Positions 36,256 through 46,952 of a stretch of DNA of 64,000 bases are shown piece after piece. The translations under genes were made by a program, and so were the position numbers. Each line of letters begins with the position of its first letter. The first letter of the stretch is position 1. The notes beneath the pieces were generated by a model that made no database searches, was not told the DNA's origin, and was given only the letters and a program-made list of their open reading frames with translations. Origin of the DNA: a virus (lineage: Duplodnaviria; Heunggongvirae; Uroviricota; Caudoviricetes); the IMG/VR virus record IMGVR_UViG_3300046779_001955, positions 10,116-74,115 of that record; one strand, given 5' to 3'.

Positions 36256-37191
36256 TTAATTTGTTATGATCTGACTTGCTGCTTGAGCTGTGGTGTAGTT
36301 GGGATTGGTTAGATTACCAGGCTCTGGTGGTGTAGCCGGAGTCGCAGGAATCTGACTGTTTAGACCTACCCCGGCGTTGTTGAGAGCCGCTATGTTTCTA
36401 GCTTCGCGTAAGGCACCAACTATAGCCTGTCCGGTTTGATTGGTAGTCTGTGCCACTGCTTGAAGATACTCTGCAGGTCCCCCGGCTTCGGTTTGAACTC
36501 CCCAGGTATGTAAATTATCTACAAAACTTTTCACAGCTGGAAAGCTATTGGCCACAAGATTTGCATAATCAATATCAGCAGCGTCAAAGTTCGTGACTTG
36601 GATACTGGCGGCTTCGCTTAGTGTGGTCCAGTTGTTGTTGATGTTGGCAGTTTGGCTGGGGTAACTAGATACTAGGCCAGAAATTGTTGTGTTGGCTGAC
36701 GAACACAGCGAAATAATTGCATCATTGATATTAGAATATGTTCCTTGTCCTGGTCCAGTAGGTATCACAATGGTATTACCAAAACCTGAATATCCGCCTT
36801 GTAACGCAGTGACCATACGAGTGTAGGTTGTGGTCAATGTTGACACATTCATTGTTGCAATGTTGCTGGTTGTGTTGGCCAATTGTCCGGTGATTCTATA
36901 ACCCGATGCTGAACCCATGACATCACCGATGGTCAAAGTTCCATTAGGACCAGTACCAGTGGCTACAGAATTTGCAATGTAATTTTGTACTGACGTAGGC
37001 ACTGCTTGAGTTTGACTGTTAATATTACTCAATCCTTGATTAGTTTCTAACAAGGACACTGCTGTGGCAAATTGTTCTAGACTTTGTATTTCGCTGATGC
37101 CTTTGACTTGATCAAAACTGGCCTGCAAGGCTTTGTTGGCCAAAGCCTGATCAGCGGGGATAATTATTTTCAGTCGTTCATATGTAATCAT
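36256..37191 (-). CDS. virion structural protein (S/T/N/Q-rich)
   Basis: low-charge, Thr/Asn/Gly-rich composition typical of fibre/baseplate proteins. Confidence 0.5.
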   Translation of the reverse strand: MITYERLKIIIPADQALANKALQASFDQVKGISEIQSLEQFATAVSLLETNQGLSNINSQTQAVPTSVQNYIANSVATGTGPNGTLTIGDVMGSASGYRITGQLANTTSNIATMNVSTLTTTYTRMVTALQGGYSGFGNTIVIPTGPGQGTYSNINDAIISLCSSANTTISGLVSSYPSQTANINNNWTTLSEAASIQVTNFDAADIDYANLVANSFPAVKSFVDNLHTWGVQTEAGGPAEYLQAVAQTTNQTGQAIVGALREARNIAALNNAGVGLNSQIPATPATPPEPGNLTNPNYTTAQAASQIITN

Positions 37192-38177
37192 GCTGGTAGT
37201 TCTCGAATATAGTACTGAGGTAACTGTTGCTCTAGATTACTGTTCACAGTTCCTTGATTATCCTTGTAGATTCCACGAACTCCAACATTAGTCGCAGTGG
37301 TCAATGTAGAAAAACTAGTGGGAAACATTTTCACAGGATTGAGCAAATCAGCTAGAGTGTTGATATTGGCTGTGGTTACATCTAAAATTGCTAAACATTG
37401 CTCTAGTGTTGATCCAGTAGTTTTGACCATGACCTGATAGGCTAATTTTTGGTAAGTATCAGCCATATCATAATTGGGATCAGTTATTTGATCAAGTTCT
37501 GATTGTGGTATGCCTTGCGCTAACAATGATGACTGTAGATCCGGGACCACGCCGCCTTGACTAAACAATTGATACAACAATGCTGCTGGTGATCCTAGGT
37601 TACCTAGATTTTGTAAATTAATAAGTTTACCTAACTTCAATAAATCTGCACCAAATGCCGGAAGTGCCAAATTCATGTTGGAAACATCACCAGTGGTTAA
37701 ACTGTCCATGTTGGTGTATGTTGGTCCTAGATAGGTGGCTGAATTTTGTGAAGTGTTGATAACTTCGTTGGTCAAAGCCACATATCCCGTAGCTGAACTA
37801 AAAGCCTGACAGAATTTGCTTAGATCGTTGGCACTAACAACTGCATTGGCTTCAGATAATATTAATCCTGTTACTCCGGGTGCGGCATACCCAACTGTGA
37901 TGTTAGTGATATTGGCCGGTAACGCATCGGCCAATGCAGGACAGGTAGTGCTGCCTATAGTGTACATAACATTTAGAGTTGAATTTGCCAAAGGAGCAAC
38001 ATTGGCCGGAAATGGCACATTGGCCGGAGTACCACCAATAGTGATTGCTTGATGTAACTGTGCCACCCAGGTCTGTGCGTTCCAACTAGATATTTGTGTA
38101 GTCAGTGCGGTGCTGACACCAATGCCTTGATTTTGTTTTATACCTGCTAGTGCAATTAACTGTAATGGAGTTGTCAT
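37188..38177 (-). CDS. virion structural protein
   Basis: composition as above; adjacent to PAAR gene. Confidence 0.5.
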   Translation of the reverse strand: MTTPLQLIALAGIKQNQGIGVSTALTTQISSWNAQTWVAQLHQAITIGGTPANVPFPANVAPLANSTLNVMYTIGSTTCPALADALPANITNITVGYAAPGVTGLILSEANAVVSANDLSKFCQAFSSATGYVALTNEVINTSQNSATYLGPTYTNMDSLTTGDVSNMNLALPAFGADLLKLGKLINLQNLGNLGSPAALLYQLFSQGGVVPDLQSSLLAQGIPQSELDQITDPNYDMADTYQKLAYQVMVKTTGSTLEQCLAILDVTTANINTLADLLNPVKMFPTSFSTLTTATNVGVRGIYKDNQGTVNSNLEQQLPQYYIRELPA

Positions 38178-38464
38178 GCTGCGAATACATCTCCTGAACC
38201 TTGTGCAATGGATGTGCAACCACCATAAGCGTCACCGACTCTAGCAATGGGTCGACCGTTAACAAAAACTGATCCTGAACCTCCGGTGATTTGTGCTGAG
38301 TGCGCTGGACAACTATCGCCTCCGGGTTTCAAATGCACAGTTGAACTATCGCCTTGGCGAGCAGCTCCGCGACCATTAACAAATACATCACCAGACGCTG
38401 ATTGTATGTTATGTCCTGAACAATGTGGTACATTGGTGTCACCTTGTCGAGCTACTGCGGGCAT
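38174..38464 (-). CDS. PAAR-repeat spike-tip protein
   Basis: repeated G-D-x-x-x-H/C ... VFVNGRxxARxGD blocks, 96 aa. Confidence 0.85.
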   Translation of the reverse strand: MPAVARQGDTNVPHCSGHNIQSASGDVFVNGRGAARQGDSSTVHLKPGGDSCPAHSAQITGGSGSVFVNGRPIARVGDAYGGCTSIAQGSGDVFAA

Positions 38465-38651
38465 TTTCTATCCTCATTAATTGTTGCAATTGATTGTTCC
38501 ACTGTTCTATTTCTTCATGCTGCTCTGGAGTATGCGGTCCAGGTGGAATTTCTGGGGCAAATTCTATTACGTGATCAAAATCGTCAGGAATAGAGGCAAA
38601 CTCGTTGTATGTTTCAAGTTTGCCTCTGCGCATTACTACAAAACGATGCAT
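38439..38651 (-). CDS. hypothetical acidic protein
   Basis: 70 aa. Confidence 0.4.
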   Translation of the reverse strand: MHRFVVMRRGKLETYNEFASIPDDFDHVIEFAPEIPPGPHTPEQHEEIEQWNNQLQQLMRIENARSSSTR

Positions 38652-38950
38652 TATCCTGTGATAATTTGCTTGCGAACTGGTGCAATACCAGTTGTTGATT
38701 CAATGTAACTATCACGCACCTGTTCACGAACTTCAGCAAACAAACTTATGTTTGCTTTATTTATTGTGACAACGGCGTCAAGATCTGCGGTAAACAAACT
38801 GGGTATCAGTTGGATACCATTGGGTCCGGGTAACACAGTCAAGGGACTGGATACTGTGATAGTGTCACCGTCATCGGCCATGACTTTAGCCACCAACTCG
38901 TCACCGTTGGAAATTTTAATACTGTATACATCGTGTATTTTAAGCTGCAT
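38651..38950 (-). CDS. hypothetical protein
   Basis: 99 aa. Confidence 0.5.
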   Translation of the reverse strand: MQLKIHDVYSIKISNGDELVAKVMADDGDTITVSSPLTVLPGPNGIQLIPSLFTADLDAVVTINKANISLFAEVREQVRDSYIESTTGIAPVRKQIITG

Positions 38951-39170
38951 TTAAAAACCTTTGTTTGAGTTCTTGGAATCCGCCCACATACTCGTCGTTG
39001 AGTATGATTTGTGGTACTGTGCGAGCTGTTGGAATAGCTTCTAATAGATCTTCTCGGGTGTAACCATCACCAATTTTGCGTTCTTCAAATTCTATGCCCT
39101 TTTGAGTTAACAGGGCTTTGGCTTGATCACAAAACGGACAATGATACTTGCTCCATACTACTGCTTTCAT
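38940..39170 (-). CDS. glutaredoxin (NrdC/NrdH-like)
   Basis: CPFC active site, 76 aa, upstream of RNR genes. Confidence 0.9.
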   Translation of the reverse strand: MKAVVWSKYHCPFCDQAKALLTQKGIEFEERKIGDGYTREDLLEAIPTARTVPQIILNDEYVGGFQELKQRFLNAA

Positions 39171-39182
39171 TATTATTTCTCC

Positions 39183-40283
39183 TTATAGTGCTGGCAACTC
39201 ATCGTAGTCAATTTCATCACTCATGACTCCGATAACATAGTTAGTTGATTCGTTTTCCTGCAATGCAGTTTGCTTCTTGTGTGTATCAACATGTTTATTG
39301 AACCAAGGTATTGGAGTTGATCTTGGATAGGGTTCGTTGTATTTGATACCAATTTCTTTGAGTGCATTGAATGCTGTATAGTCCATGAAGTCTTTGAGAA
39401 TGTTGGCGTTTAGACCAATCACTGGACCTTTTTGGAACAGATAGTCTGCCCAGGCCTTCTCTTCGCGTACTACATCAAGGTACATGTCATAAACATCGGC
39501 CAAGCATTGCTCTTTTGCTTCGGCAAATCGGGGATCGTCTTTGACTACTTGGTTAATTAGATAGCCGGTCCAATCTCTGTGTAATATTTCGTCTTGTAAA
39601 ATCAATCCAATAATATTACCATTGCCAATAAAGATTTTGTTTTCTACCATGGCAAGGCTAGTAGCAAAAGAAACCATAAAGCGTAGAGCTTCCAAGGCAT
39701 AACTGGCATTGAGTGCTAACCAGATCGCACGGATATGTTCGCTGTCGTCAATCTTCTCACCAGTCTCTCGTCTGCAGTTGATCAAGTGCAGTCGATCATA
39801 GAAATATCCAACGTTTGATGCCATGTCAACAATGGGCTGTGTGTCATGTATGGAGTTGAATACTTCCTTGGGTACATTGTAGATATTGCGAATAATGTGT
39901 GAATAACTGCGACTATGAATATTTGTTTCAAAGAATGTCCAGTTATAGATCAAGGCCTCAAGTTCAGGTAATGATACCACCGGTGTAAACACTTGGCTGG
40001 GACCACGTCCTTGCAAACTGTCTAGAGCCGTTTGACGTAGTAAGTTTGAAGTAAAGATATGTCGAACAGTTTCCGAAGATTCTTTGAAATCAGTGGCATC
40101 CTTGGTTAGATTCACTTCTTCGGGCACCCAAAAGAATCCGCGGGCTTCTTGCTCAAACTTTACTATCTTGGGATACTTAACTTCTTCAAAACGCTGAATG
40201 GTAACAGGACCTTCGGGATCCAAGAACATTTTGCGTTGTAGATAATTTGTTTGATGTTTTAAATCGTACTGTGCTTTTGACAT
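39183..40283 (-). CDS. nrdB: ribonucleotide reductase class Ia small subunit
   Basis: ferritin-like di-iron ligands (E...EILH), C-terminal acidic tail. Confidence 0.95.
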   Translation of the reverse strand: MSKAQYDLKHQTNYLQRKMFLDPEGPVTIQRFEEVKYPKIVKFEQEARGFFWVPEEVNLTKDATDFKESSETVRHIFTSNLLRQTALDSLQGRGPSQVFTPVVSLPELEALIYNWTFFETNIHSRSYSHIIRNIYNVPKEVFNSIHDTQPIVDMASNVGYFYDRLHLINCRRETGEKIDDSEHIRAIWLALNASYALEALRFMVSFATSLAMVENKIFIGNGNIIGLILQDEILHRDWTGYLINQVVKDDPRFAEAKEQCLADVYDMYLDVVREEKAWADYLFQKGPVIGLNANILKDFMDYTAFNALKEIGIKYNEPYPRSTPIPWFNKHVDTHKKQTALQENESTNYVIGVMSDEIDYDELPAL

Positions 40284-40422
40284 TTAATTTTACCTAATTT
40301 TTTATTGTATCTTATTGTAAACATAGAATTGCAAATTCTCAAAACAAAACCAAGTTGATTACTTGATCTAGGATAAAAATTCAATCCCTGTTTAACACGG
40401 TGGCCTTCGTCTCTAATGTGTA

Positions 40423-42768
40423 TCATAATTTACAGGCCTCGCAGTCATCTTCGTAGTCTTCGGCTATTAGCATTTCATACTCACGTTTTAGTTGCTCCAA
40501 GGATTCAAGTTCGTCAGAGTCTTGACTTTTAGATCCTTGCTTGTTGATCAAACTATAGTAAAAAGTTTTAATACCCCAGTGGTGTGCTTGCATCAAATTC
40601 TTGGCAATCAATGTTGTAGGCACTTTGCGGTTAGCAAAGTGTGCAGGATTGTAGAATGTGTTTGTTGATATTGATTGGTCTACATAGGCTTGTAGCACTG
40701 CTGCTGTTTTGAGATATCCAACACAGTCAGTTTGATCCCACATCAATTGATATTTGTTTTTAAGTTTATGATAATCTGGTACTACTTGTGTAAATGATCC
40801 TGCTTTGGATTCCTTTACAGTAATCAAACTCATCGGTATCTCAATACCGTTAGTACTATTAATGACAACAGAACTACTCTCAACGGGAGCAATTGCCATA
40901 AGTGTTGCATTCCTAACTCCATAACGTTTCATATCCTCTCGTAGTGGTTCCCAATCAAGTTCAGGAGAAAAATCTGTTAATTCATTGGCTCCTTCGGCAC
41001 GTAGTTCCCAGGGGAAAGTACCTTGACCATACCTTGTACGATCGCTGTCTCGGCAGCGTCCACGTTCTCGAGCTAGCTCAACGGTAGCTTCTGTAAGATA
41101 AAACGCTTGGTGTTCGATCCACGATTTAACTTCTTTAAGAGCATCGTCGTCCCCATAATTGAGGCCTCGCTTGGCGTGCCAATAAGCAAGGTTTGTAATG
41201 CCAATACCAAGCGGCTGGATTTCTTCATTACTAAGGCGACTCTGTACGGAGAGAAAGTCTTGATAGTCAAGTATGTTACAGAGGCTGCGTTGAAGAATTC
41301 TACAAGCGCGGCGCATATCTTCCGGATGTCGGAACGCTCCCCAATTGATTGAGCCCAAGGTACAGAGTGCAATTCTTCCGGACTCATCATCTAATCTCCT
41401 GAATGGTCGGGTAGGTAAAAGTATTTCGCAACATAGGTTTGATTGATAAATTGTGTGCCATTCAGGATCAAACGGACCTTGATTCATTACATTGTCAATA
41501 AACACAAGATAGATGCGCCCTGTGTCTGTGCGCTCTTTTAAAATTCCACTTTTAAAAACTTCTTCTGCTGCAATAACTTTCCGGCGCAGCTTAGGATCTT
41601 TCTCGTATTTGACGTATAGATCTTCAAATCGTTGTGTGTCTCTGTAGAAAGCTTCATATAGGTCCGGTACTTCATTGGGATCAAAAAAGGTAATGTCTTC
41701 TTTATTCTTGAACCGTCTCCAGAAGAACGCAGAAAGAACCACCCCATAATCCATGTGTCTAACTCTTGTTTCTTCTGTGCCTTGATTGTTTTTAAGCACA
41801 ATAAGATCATCAAACTGATGATGCCAAATTGGATAGAACACAGTGGCACTGGCATTGCGAATACCGCCTTGTGAACAACTGCGAAGATCGCCAAACCATT
41901 TCTTTAGGAATGGAATCATTCCTGTGTGCATGATCTCGCCGCCGCGTATGGGTGAGCCCAATGGGCGTAAACGACCAATCTCCAAACCAATGCCAGCACG
42001 TTTGCTGGCATACTTGGCCATCATCTCCCCACTAGCAAATATGCTATCCAGATCGTCGTCACTGCGGATAAGAACACAACTGCTAAACTGTTTAGTAGGA
42101 GTTCCAAGACCAGCGAGCACAGGAGTAGCAAGGGTAAAAAGACCATCACTAGCAGCGTTGTAATACTCTTTGATATACCGCATTCGGGCAGTGTTAGGAT
42201 CTTCACGATGGAACACCGTGGCTGCTGCAACCATGTATCTGACCTGGGGAGTTTCATATATTTCCTTGGTACTGCGATTCTTGACTAGATATTTTTCAAT
42301 TAACTGTTCAATAGCCGCATAGCTGTACTGTTCATCGCGACTATGATCAATAATTTCATCCATGCGATCCCAGTCTTCTTCGGAATACCACTCCAACAGG
42401 TCCGGAGTGTACAAACCGGTCTCAACGTTTCGACAAACAATGTCATATAAACGTGGAACTTCATAACTTCCATAAACGTCTTTGCGTAGCATAGTCAGTC
42501 GTTGTTTACCGGCTACGTATTGATAATTGGTGTGTCCTACATCAGGATTTGCATCTACATCAATTAGATCCACACAGGCTCTAAGTGTAATTTCATCAAT
42601 TTCTCGGGTTGATATTCCGTCATAAAAATGTAGCTGTGCTTTTATTTCAATCATTGATTGGCTAACGTCTGCGGTTCCGGTGCAGACTTTGGCGATTTGA
42701 CCCTGCCATTTTTCTAGCGCCAAAGGCACACGGCTACCATCTCGTTTGACTACTGTGATTGTTGCCAT
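40423..42768 (-). CDS. nrdA: ribonucleotide reductase class Ia large subunit
   Basis: N-terminal ATP cone (VVKRDGSRVP), active-site Cys blocks, C-terminal CEAC. Confidence 0.95.
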   Translation of the reverse strand: MATITVVKRDGSRVPLALEKWQGQIAKVCTGTADVSQSMIEIKAQLHFYDGISTREIDEITLRACVDLIDVDANPDVGHTNYQYVAGKQRLTMLRKDVYGSYEVPRLYDIVCRNVETGLYTPDLLEWYSEEDWDRMDEIIDHSRDEQYSYAAIEQLIEKYLVKNRSTKEIYETPQVRYMVAAATVFHREDPNTARMRYIKEYYNAASDGLFTLATPVLAGLGTPTKQFSSCVLIRSDDDLDSIFASGEMMAKYASKRAGIGLEIGRLRPLGSPIRGGEIMHTGMIPFLKKWFGDLRSCSQGGIRNASATVFYPIWHHQFDDLIVLKNNQGTEETRVRHMDYGVVLSAFFWRRFKNKEDITFFDPNEVPDLYEAFYRDTQRFEDLYVKYEKDPKLRRKVIAAEEVFKSGILKERTDTGRIYLVFIDNVMNQGPFDPEWHTIYQSNLCCEILLPTRPFRRLDDESGRIALCTLGSINWGAFRHPEDMRRACRILQRSLCNILDYQDFLSVQSRLSNEEIQPLGIGITNLAYWHAKRGLNYGDDDALKEVKSWIEHQAFYLTEATVELARERGRCRDSDRTRYGQGTFPWELRAEGANELTDFSPELDWEPLREDMKRYGVRNATLMAIAPVESSSVVINSTNGIEIPMSLITVKESKAGSFTQVVPDYHKLKNKYQLMWDQTDCVGYLKTAAVLQAYVDQSISTNTFYNPAHFANRKVPTTLIAKNLMQAHHWGIKTFYYSLINKQGSKSQDSDELESLEQLKREYEMLIAEDYEDDCEACKL

Positions 42769-42775
42769 TTTTCCT

Positions 42776-43201
42776 CTATCTTAATTTTTGTTTTATTTGT
42801 TGCTGTGTTACTTCACGTCTTATGTTACCGCTCTCGAGGTAGGTATTTAAGATGTCATCTGGAGAATAATTCAGTATATATTTCCTTGAGTGGATCAGGA
42901 CTAAATTGTTCTGATTTTCCTCAACCAACCGTGAATCCTGCATATCGGCGCGATCTAACATGGTTATAGTATACATGATTCCCAGTCCTCGTGCAACATC
43001 ACAGTAGATATTGTCACTCAATAATTGCCATGGATCTGGCCAATCCCGTAGGTCATCCCAGTGTAGGTAATATGGTTGCCAAGGCATTTGGAACCACCAC
43101 TGATTTATTGCCGCAAGACACTGTTCTATCGGCAAAGGAATGCTGGAATCTCTAAGCTGATTCCAAGCTCGAAGTCGATCTTCAAATGCAGCCTGCATCA
43201 A
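42776..43201 (-). CDS. hypothetical Trp-rich protein
   Basis: 141 aa. Confidence 0.5.
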   Translation of the reverse strand: MMQAAFEDRLRAWNQLRDSSIPLPIEQCLAAINQWWFQMPWQPYYLHWDDLRDWPDPWQLLSDNIYCDVARGLGIMYTITMLDRADMQDSRLVEENQNNLVLIHSRKYILNYSPDDILNTYLESGNIRREVTQQQIKQKLR

Positions 43202-44811
43202 GCCAAATGTTGTAGACTATAAGTAATTTCACCGCTTTGACCGGTGCTGGTTGTGGCATAACTCACTGTTATGGTGTTGGTACTTTGTGATACTGTTAAG
43301 GTCAAACCGCTGGTTGCATTTTCAGTGTAGTCATCGGTGTAGAAATATCCACCTGAGCCTGACCCTGCAATCACACTCAACGTACCTGAACGATAAATGG
43401 TTCCACGAACAAATGTATAACGCATGTCAAATGCGTGGAACTGGCCAGTCATTGGACTGCCTGCAGGATTACCACTGTCAGTTGTAAACAATGTTGTGGT
43501 ACTGGCATTGTCAGCAATTGCAGTTACTTGTGCTGCACCAATTTGATAGTTTCCGATATTTACATAGCGGCCATTTTCAAGGTTGACAACAGGATTATCC
43601 AACGTTTGGATGCGTGGGATCAGCGTGGTCTGCACCTGTGTGTCAGTTCTAGCAAACATATCGTTGATGCTGGTGTTGGTGGCTTCGTTGATATAAATTA
43701 CAGGATCTGTGGGTGTTGCAGAAAATCTGTTGCCAACATCATAAAAGGTATTAAATGCCGAAACACAACGATATGAGTTTTCAAAAACCACGCCACGTTG
43801 AAAAATATTGTCAAAGGTCGAACTCACAATACGAATACCTTCAGGAGTTCCCCCCAACACTTGATCTACATAGATACCTTCAAACAATGTGTCAAAATGG
43901 CAGTCGGTAAATGCAATACCTTGTACCACATCAGTGACGTGTGAAGCATAGGTGGTATTGGTAAACAAGCATTGTTGCAAACTGATGTTGTTGACAATCA
44001 AACTACCAGTGCTGTTGAATACTATACCAGAAATGTTGCCTTCGGCACCGGTAGCAATCTGCGTTACTGTGAGAGGACCAGCAAATCCACAATTTATAAA
44101 TGTTGTATCATGTGCAGTATCAACTAAAAACAAATCAATTTCCTGTATGCTCTGAAATCCCATGTTTTGAATGCTAATTTCCATTGGCGGTGTCGCACCG
44201 TTGTTACCAATTTGTGCACCGGTTTGCTGTAGACTATCACCGGTACGTGCAACATAGGAATTTAGTGATGACACGTCTGACGACTGGTCCATCATGATTA
44301 CACTAGCAGTAGGACCGTCACCATAGAGATATGCAAATGGTGGGATAATAATAGATTCACTGATCAGATATACACCGGCTGGAAAATACAGTCCTCGACG
44401 AGCAGCAACATTGTTGCTACGGCAATATAGTTCAAACATTGCACGATTAATGGCGTCAGTATTGTCAGTAATCCCGTCACCCACAGCACCAAAGTCTGTG
44501 ACCACTACAAAACTATCAAGCCGTGCCTGCAAGCTCTGAGTTATTGGAGATCCAGCAGCTGGCCCGGTTTGAGCTACATAACCAGCAGCTTCACCTTTGT
44601 AAGTGTAGGTATTTTGTAGTTCAAAGATATTGGAAAATTCTGTAAGAATTTCAGTATTTCCAATAACTGGTGCGCCTTCTTGCAGTGTGCCGTTACCAAT
44701 GAATAGTCTACGCTCGTTAACTGCATAGCCAAATTCTGCACCGCCTAACTGCGGAAGATCGTCTAGTTGTCCCTTGCGCTGGGTAATTCTACTGATTTGA
44801 ACAATAGCCAC
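43198..44811 (-). CDS. tail fibre / tailspike-like protein (beta-helix-like repeats), GTG start
   Basis: 537 aa, repeating N-I/T-S-G-I hydrophobic ladders; AAAGGAA SD. Confidence 0.5.
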   Translation of the reverse strand: MAIVQISRITQRKGQLDDLPQLGGAEFGYAVNERRLFIGNGTLQEGAPVIGNTEILTEFSNIFELQNTYTYKGEAAGYVAQTGPAAGSPITQSLQARLDSFVVVTDFGAVGDGITDNTDAINRAMFELYCRSNNVAARRGLYFPAGVYLISESIIIPPFAYLYGDGPTASVIMMDQSSDVSSLNSYVARTGDSLQQTGAQIGNNGATPPMEISIQNMGFQSIQEIDLFLVDTAHDTTFINCGFAGPLTVTQIATGAEGNISGIVFNSTGSLIVNNISLQQCLFTNTTYASHVTDVVQGIAFTDCHFDTLFEGIYVDQVLGGTPEGIRIVSSTFDNIFQRGVVFENSYRCVSAFNTFYDVGNRFSATPTDPVIYINEATNTSINDMFARTDTQVQTTLIPRIQTLDNPVVNLENGRYVNIGNYQIGAAQVTAIADNASTTTLFTTDSGNPAGSPMTGQFHAFDMRYTFVRGTIYRSGTLSVIAGSGSGGYFYTDDYTENATSGLTLTVSQSTNTITVSYATTSTGQSGEITYSLQHLA

Positions 44812-44838
44812 TTTGTGTTCCTTTATTTGACCCTGTAT

Positions 44839-45555
44839 TTAGTTGGTCAAATAGTAGAGTTCAAGTCGCTTCCACCACTCGTTGCAATAATAATCAAATT
44901 CCTTGCCCTCGAGTATGAATTCCTGGTATTCGGGATTCTTTATGATGTTTAATTGACTGTCTTGCTCGGGTTTTACGCACATTAGTATTACGCCTTTGCG
45001 TATGTCTGTGCCGTAGACTTCGTTGTGTGCTAGAGCATAGGCTGCTAATTGTAGAAAATAATCACCAATCCACTCACGCTTTTTGGGCCGGTTTGTCTGC
45101 TTGTAGTCCAATATTGATAACTCGCCATGATGTAAGCCCACACCATCTGTTGTACCGGCATATAATCTAGGAAAATAAAGCGGAATTTCAATGCCGTAGA
45201 ATTCCGTCACACGATCTCTAAGACCTTGATCAATCACAGTTCTAGCCATGGCCAGGCTAGCCCAACTAAATGGATTGGTCACTGACTCAGCAATATAATT
45301 GCTGCGTATATAATTTTCAAGATACGTGTGCATTTTTGTGCCACGATTAGCAGCTTCGGTGGTGATTTGCTGCGCACGTTGTGCGCCTACCCGATTACGC
45401 CAGTTTTGCAAACTTTGTTTTGATTCTTCTGATTTTGTGCGATCTAACACTGTGGTAACGCTGGGAACTCGACTGCCGTCGGGGGTTTGATATACTCTTT
45501 GGCCATCGTCGGACATTCTACTCAAAAATTGATATTGGTATTTTTGAATCAGCAT
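44839..45555 (-). CDS. PD-(D/E)xK family exonuclease (lambda-exo/YqaJ-like)
   Basis: D ... ELSILDYKQ (D-ExK) motif, QLAAYALAH. Confidence 0.6.
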   Translation of the reverse strand: MLIQKYQYQFLSRMSDDGQRVYQTPDGSRVPSVTTVLDRTKSEESKQSLQNWRNRVGAQRAQQITTEAANRGTKMHTYLENYIRSNYIAESVTNPFSWASLAMARTVIDQGLRDRVTEFYGIEIPLYFPRLYAGTTDGVGLHHGELSILDYKQTNRPKKREWIGDYFLQLAAYALAHNEVYGTDIRKGVILMCVKPEQDSQLNIIKNPEYQEFILEGKEFDYYCNEWWKRLELYYLTN

Positions 45556-45974
45556 TTAGTAACCCAAATACTAGATTTTGTCAAAAATTCTACACCGGCA
45601 CTATCGCGATAATCCGTACGATAAAACACACGCTCTATGCCACTTTGATAGATTAGTTTTGCACACTCTAGACAAGGTGCATGTGTGACAAATAAACTAG
45701 CACCTAGTCCGCTGTTGGCACTGCGGGCCAATTTGGCTATAGCATTTGATTCTGCGTGTAGAACTTCAGGTTTGGTTGTTAGTACAGCACCATCTTCAAA
45801 GAACTCTTCGTGTTCACAATCATTGTCCCAGCCCGCAGGCATGCCGTTGTAGCCATAACTTATAACAGTATCGTCTTTAACTATGACAGCACCAACATGT
45901 AATCTTCGAGCGTGACTTAGATCTGACGCACGTTGTGCCCAGTCCATGTAAAGATCTATATATTTCTGTTTCAT
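45549..45974 (-). CDS. dCMP deaminase
   Basis: HAESNAI and PCLECAKLI zinc-binding motifs. Confidence 0.9.
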   Translation of the reverse strand: MKQKYIDLYMDWAQRASDLSHARRLHVGAVIVKDDTVISYGYNGMPAGWDNDCEHEEFFEDGAVLTTKPEVLHAESNAIAKLARSANSGLGASLFVTHAPCLECAKLIYQSGIERVFYRTDYRDSAGVEFLTKSSIWVTKC

Positions 45975-46297
45975 ATTCTGAAACTTTCTCCGCAGCCGCA
46001 GCGGTCTCGTTCTCGTGGATTTATAAAATCAAAACCCTCGTTTAATCCCTGGCGTTTCCAATCCATTGTGAGTCCGTCAACATAAGGCAAATCTTTGCCG
46101 TTGACATAAATTTTAACGCCATGGCTTGTGTACCCCATCCAGTCTCTGGTCACCGGTGGATTATCAACATACTCTAATTTGTATGCCAGTCCTGAACAGC
46201 CAGTGGTACGTACTCCTATAGAAATCCCAACACCTTTTCCTCGACTTTCAAGTTGTTGCTGCACTTTACGAGCAGCTAGTTCGGTTAGAGTAATCAT
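45971..46297 (-). CDS. iscA: Fe-S cluster assembly protein IscA/HesB family
   Basis: MITLTELAARKV start, C-terminal CGCGESF. Confidence 0.85.
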   Translation of the reverse strand: MITLTELAARKVQQQLESRGKGVGISIGVRTTGCSGLAYKLEYVDNPPVTRDWMGYTSHGVKIYVNGKDLPYVDGLTMDWKRQGLNEGFDFINPRERDRCGCGESFRI

Positions 46298-46361
46298 AGT
46301 TAAATTATACAGTCCTATTAGAATTAACGCAAATTGTGCAGCGCCAAATATAAATATTTTT

Positions 46362-46952
46362 ATGTTAACAATATTCATTCACGGTGCAACTGCCAGCGGC
46401 GCCAGCTTCAATTATTTACGCTCAGATTTAGATGGCGAACATCTAGTGTTAGAGTATGACAGTGAAGATGGGTTTTTCTACAATTTAGATCAACTCAGCA
46501 AACAGATTGAAGCTGCGCGATCTCGTGAACTTTTCTTTATTGGACACAGCCTAGGTGGAATCTACAGTTTGAGTCTTGCTGATCGATTTCCCAAACAAAC
46601 TCGTGGTGGTATTACTATATCTACTCCCTACGGTGGTTCGGAAATAGCGCCATTTCTCAAATACTTTGTTCCGTTCAACCGATTGCTCAAAGAAATAGGT
46701 CCAAATTCCAAGCCCATACAACACGTCAAAAATATCACTCCATTGGTTCCTTGGCACAATATTGTCACAGTCAAAGGAAATAGTCCCTGGATTGCTGCTG
46801 CCAACGATGGAGTAGTCACAGTTGATTCACAGCGGCATCACGAATGTATTGAGTATATTGAAATGTCGTCTAACCATTATGAAGTTTTAATGAGTCCTGA
46901 AGTGGTAAATCTTGTCAAACAAAAACGAAGTCAGGCCTTACGCAAGAAATAA
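46362..46952 (+). CDS. alpha/beta-hydrolase (lipase/esterase-like)
   Basis: GHSLGG nucleophile elbow; start at ATG 46362 (upstream ORF extension overlaps iscA antisense). Confidence 0.55.
   Translation: MLTIFIHGATASGASFNYLRSDLDGEHLVLEYDSEDGFFYNLDQLSKQIEAARSRELFFIGHSLGGIYSLSLADRFPKQTRGGITISTPYGGSEIAPFLKYFVPFNRLLKEIGPNSKPIQHVKNITPLVPWHNIVTVKGNSPWIAAANDGVVTVDSQRHHECIEYIEMSSNHYEVLMSPEVVNLVKQKRSQALRKK

Noticed and set aside
41100-41125. tRNA T-loop-like GTTCGATCC
   Set aside because: No complementary acceptor stem about 70 nt upstream, and it is inside the nrdA coding sequence. No convincing tRNA cloverleaf was found anywhere in the window by eye.
41073-42257. ORFs of 78-118 aa on both strands inside nrdA (41073..41390, 41107..41352, 41538..41894, 41843..42163, 42021..42257)
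   Set aside because: They lie entirely within and antisense or out-of-frame to the strongly supported nrdA CDS. They are compositional artefacts.
46128-46361. N-terminal 78-codon extension of the alpha/beta-hydrolase ORF
   Set aside because: It overlaps iscA on the opposite strand. The extension is Cys/Pro-rich nonsense, and ATG 46362 (MLTIFIHG) gives a normal hydrolase N-terminus.
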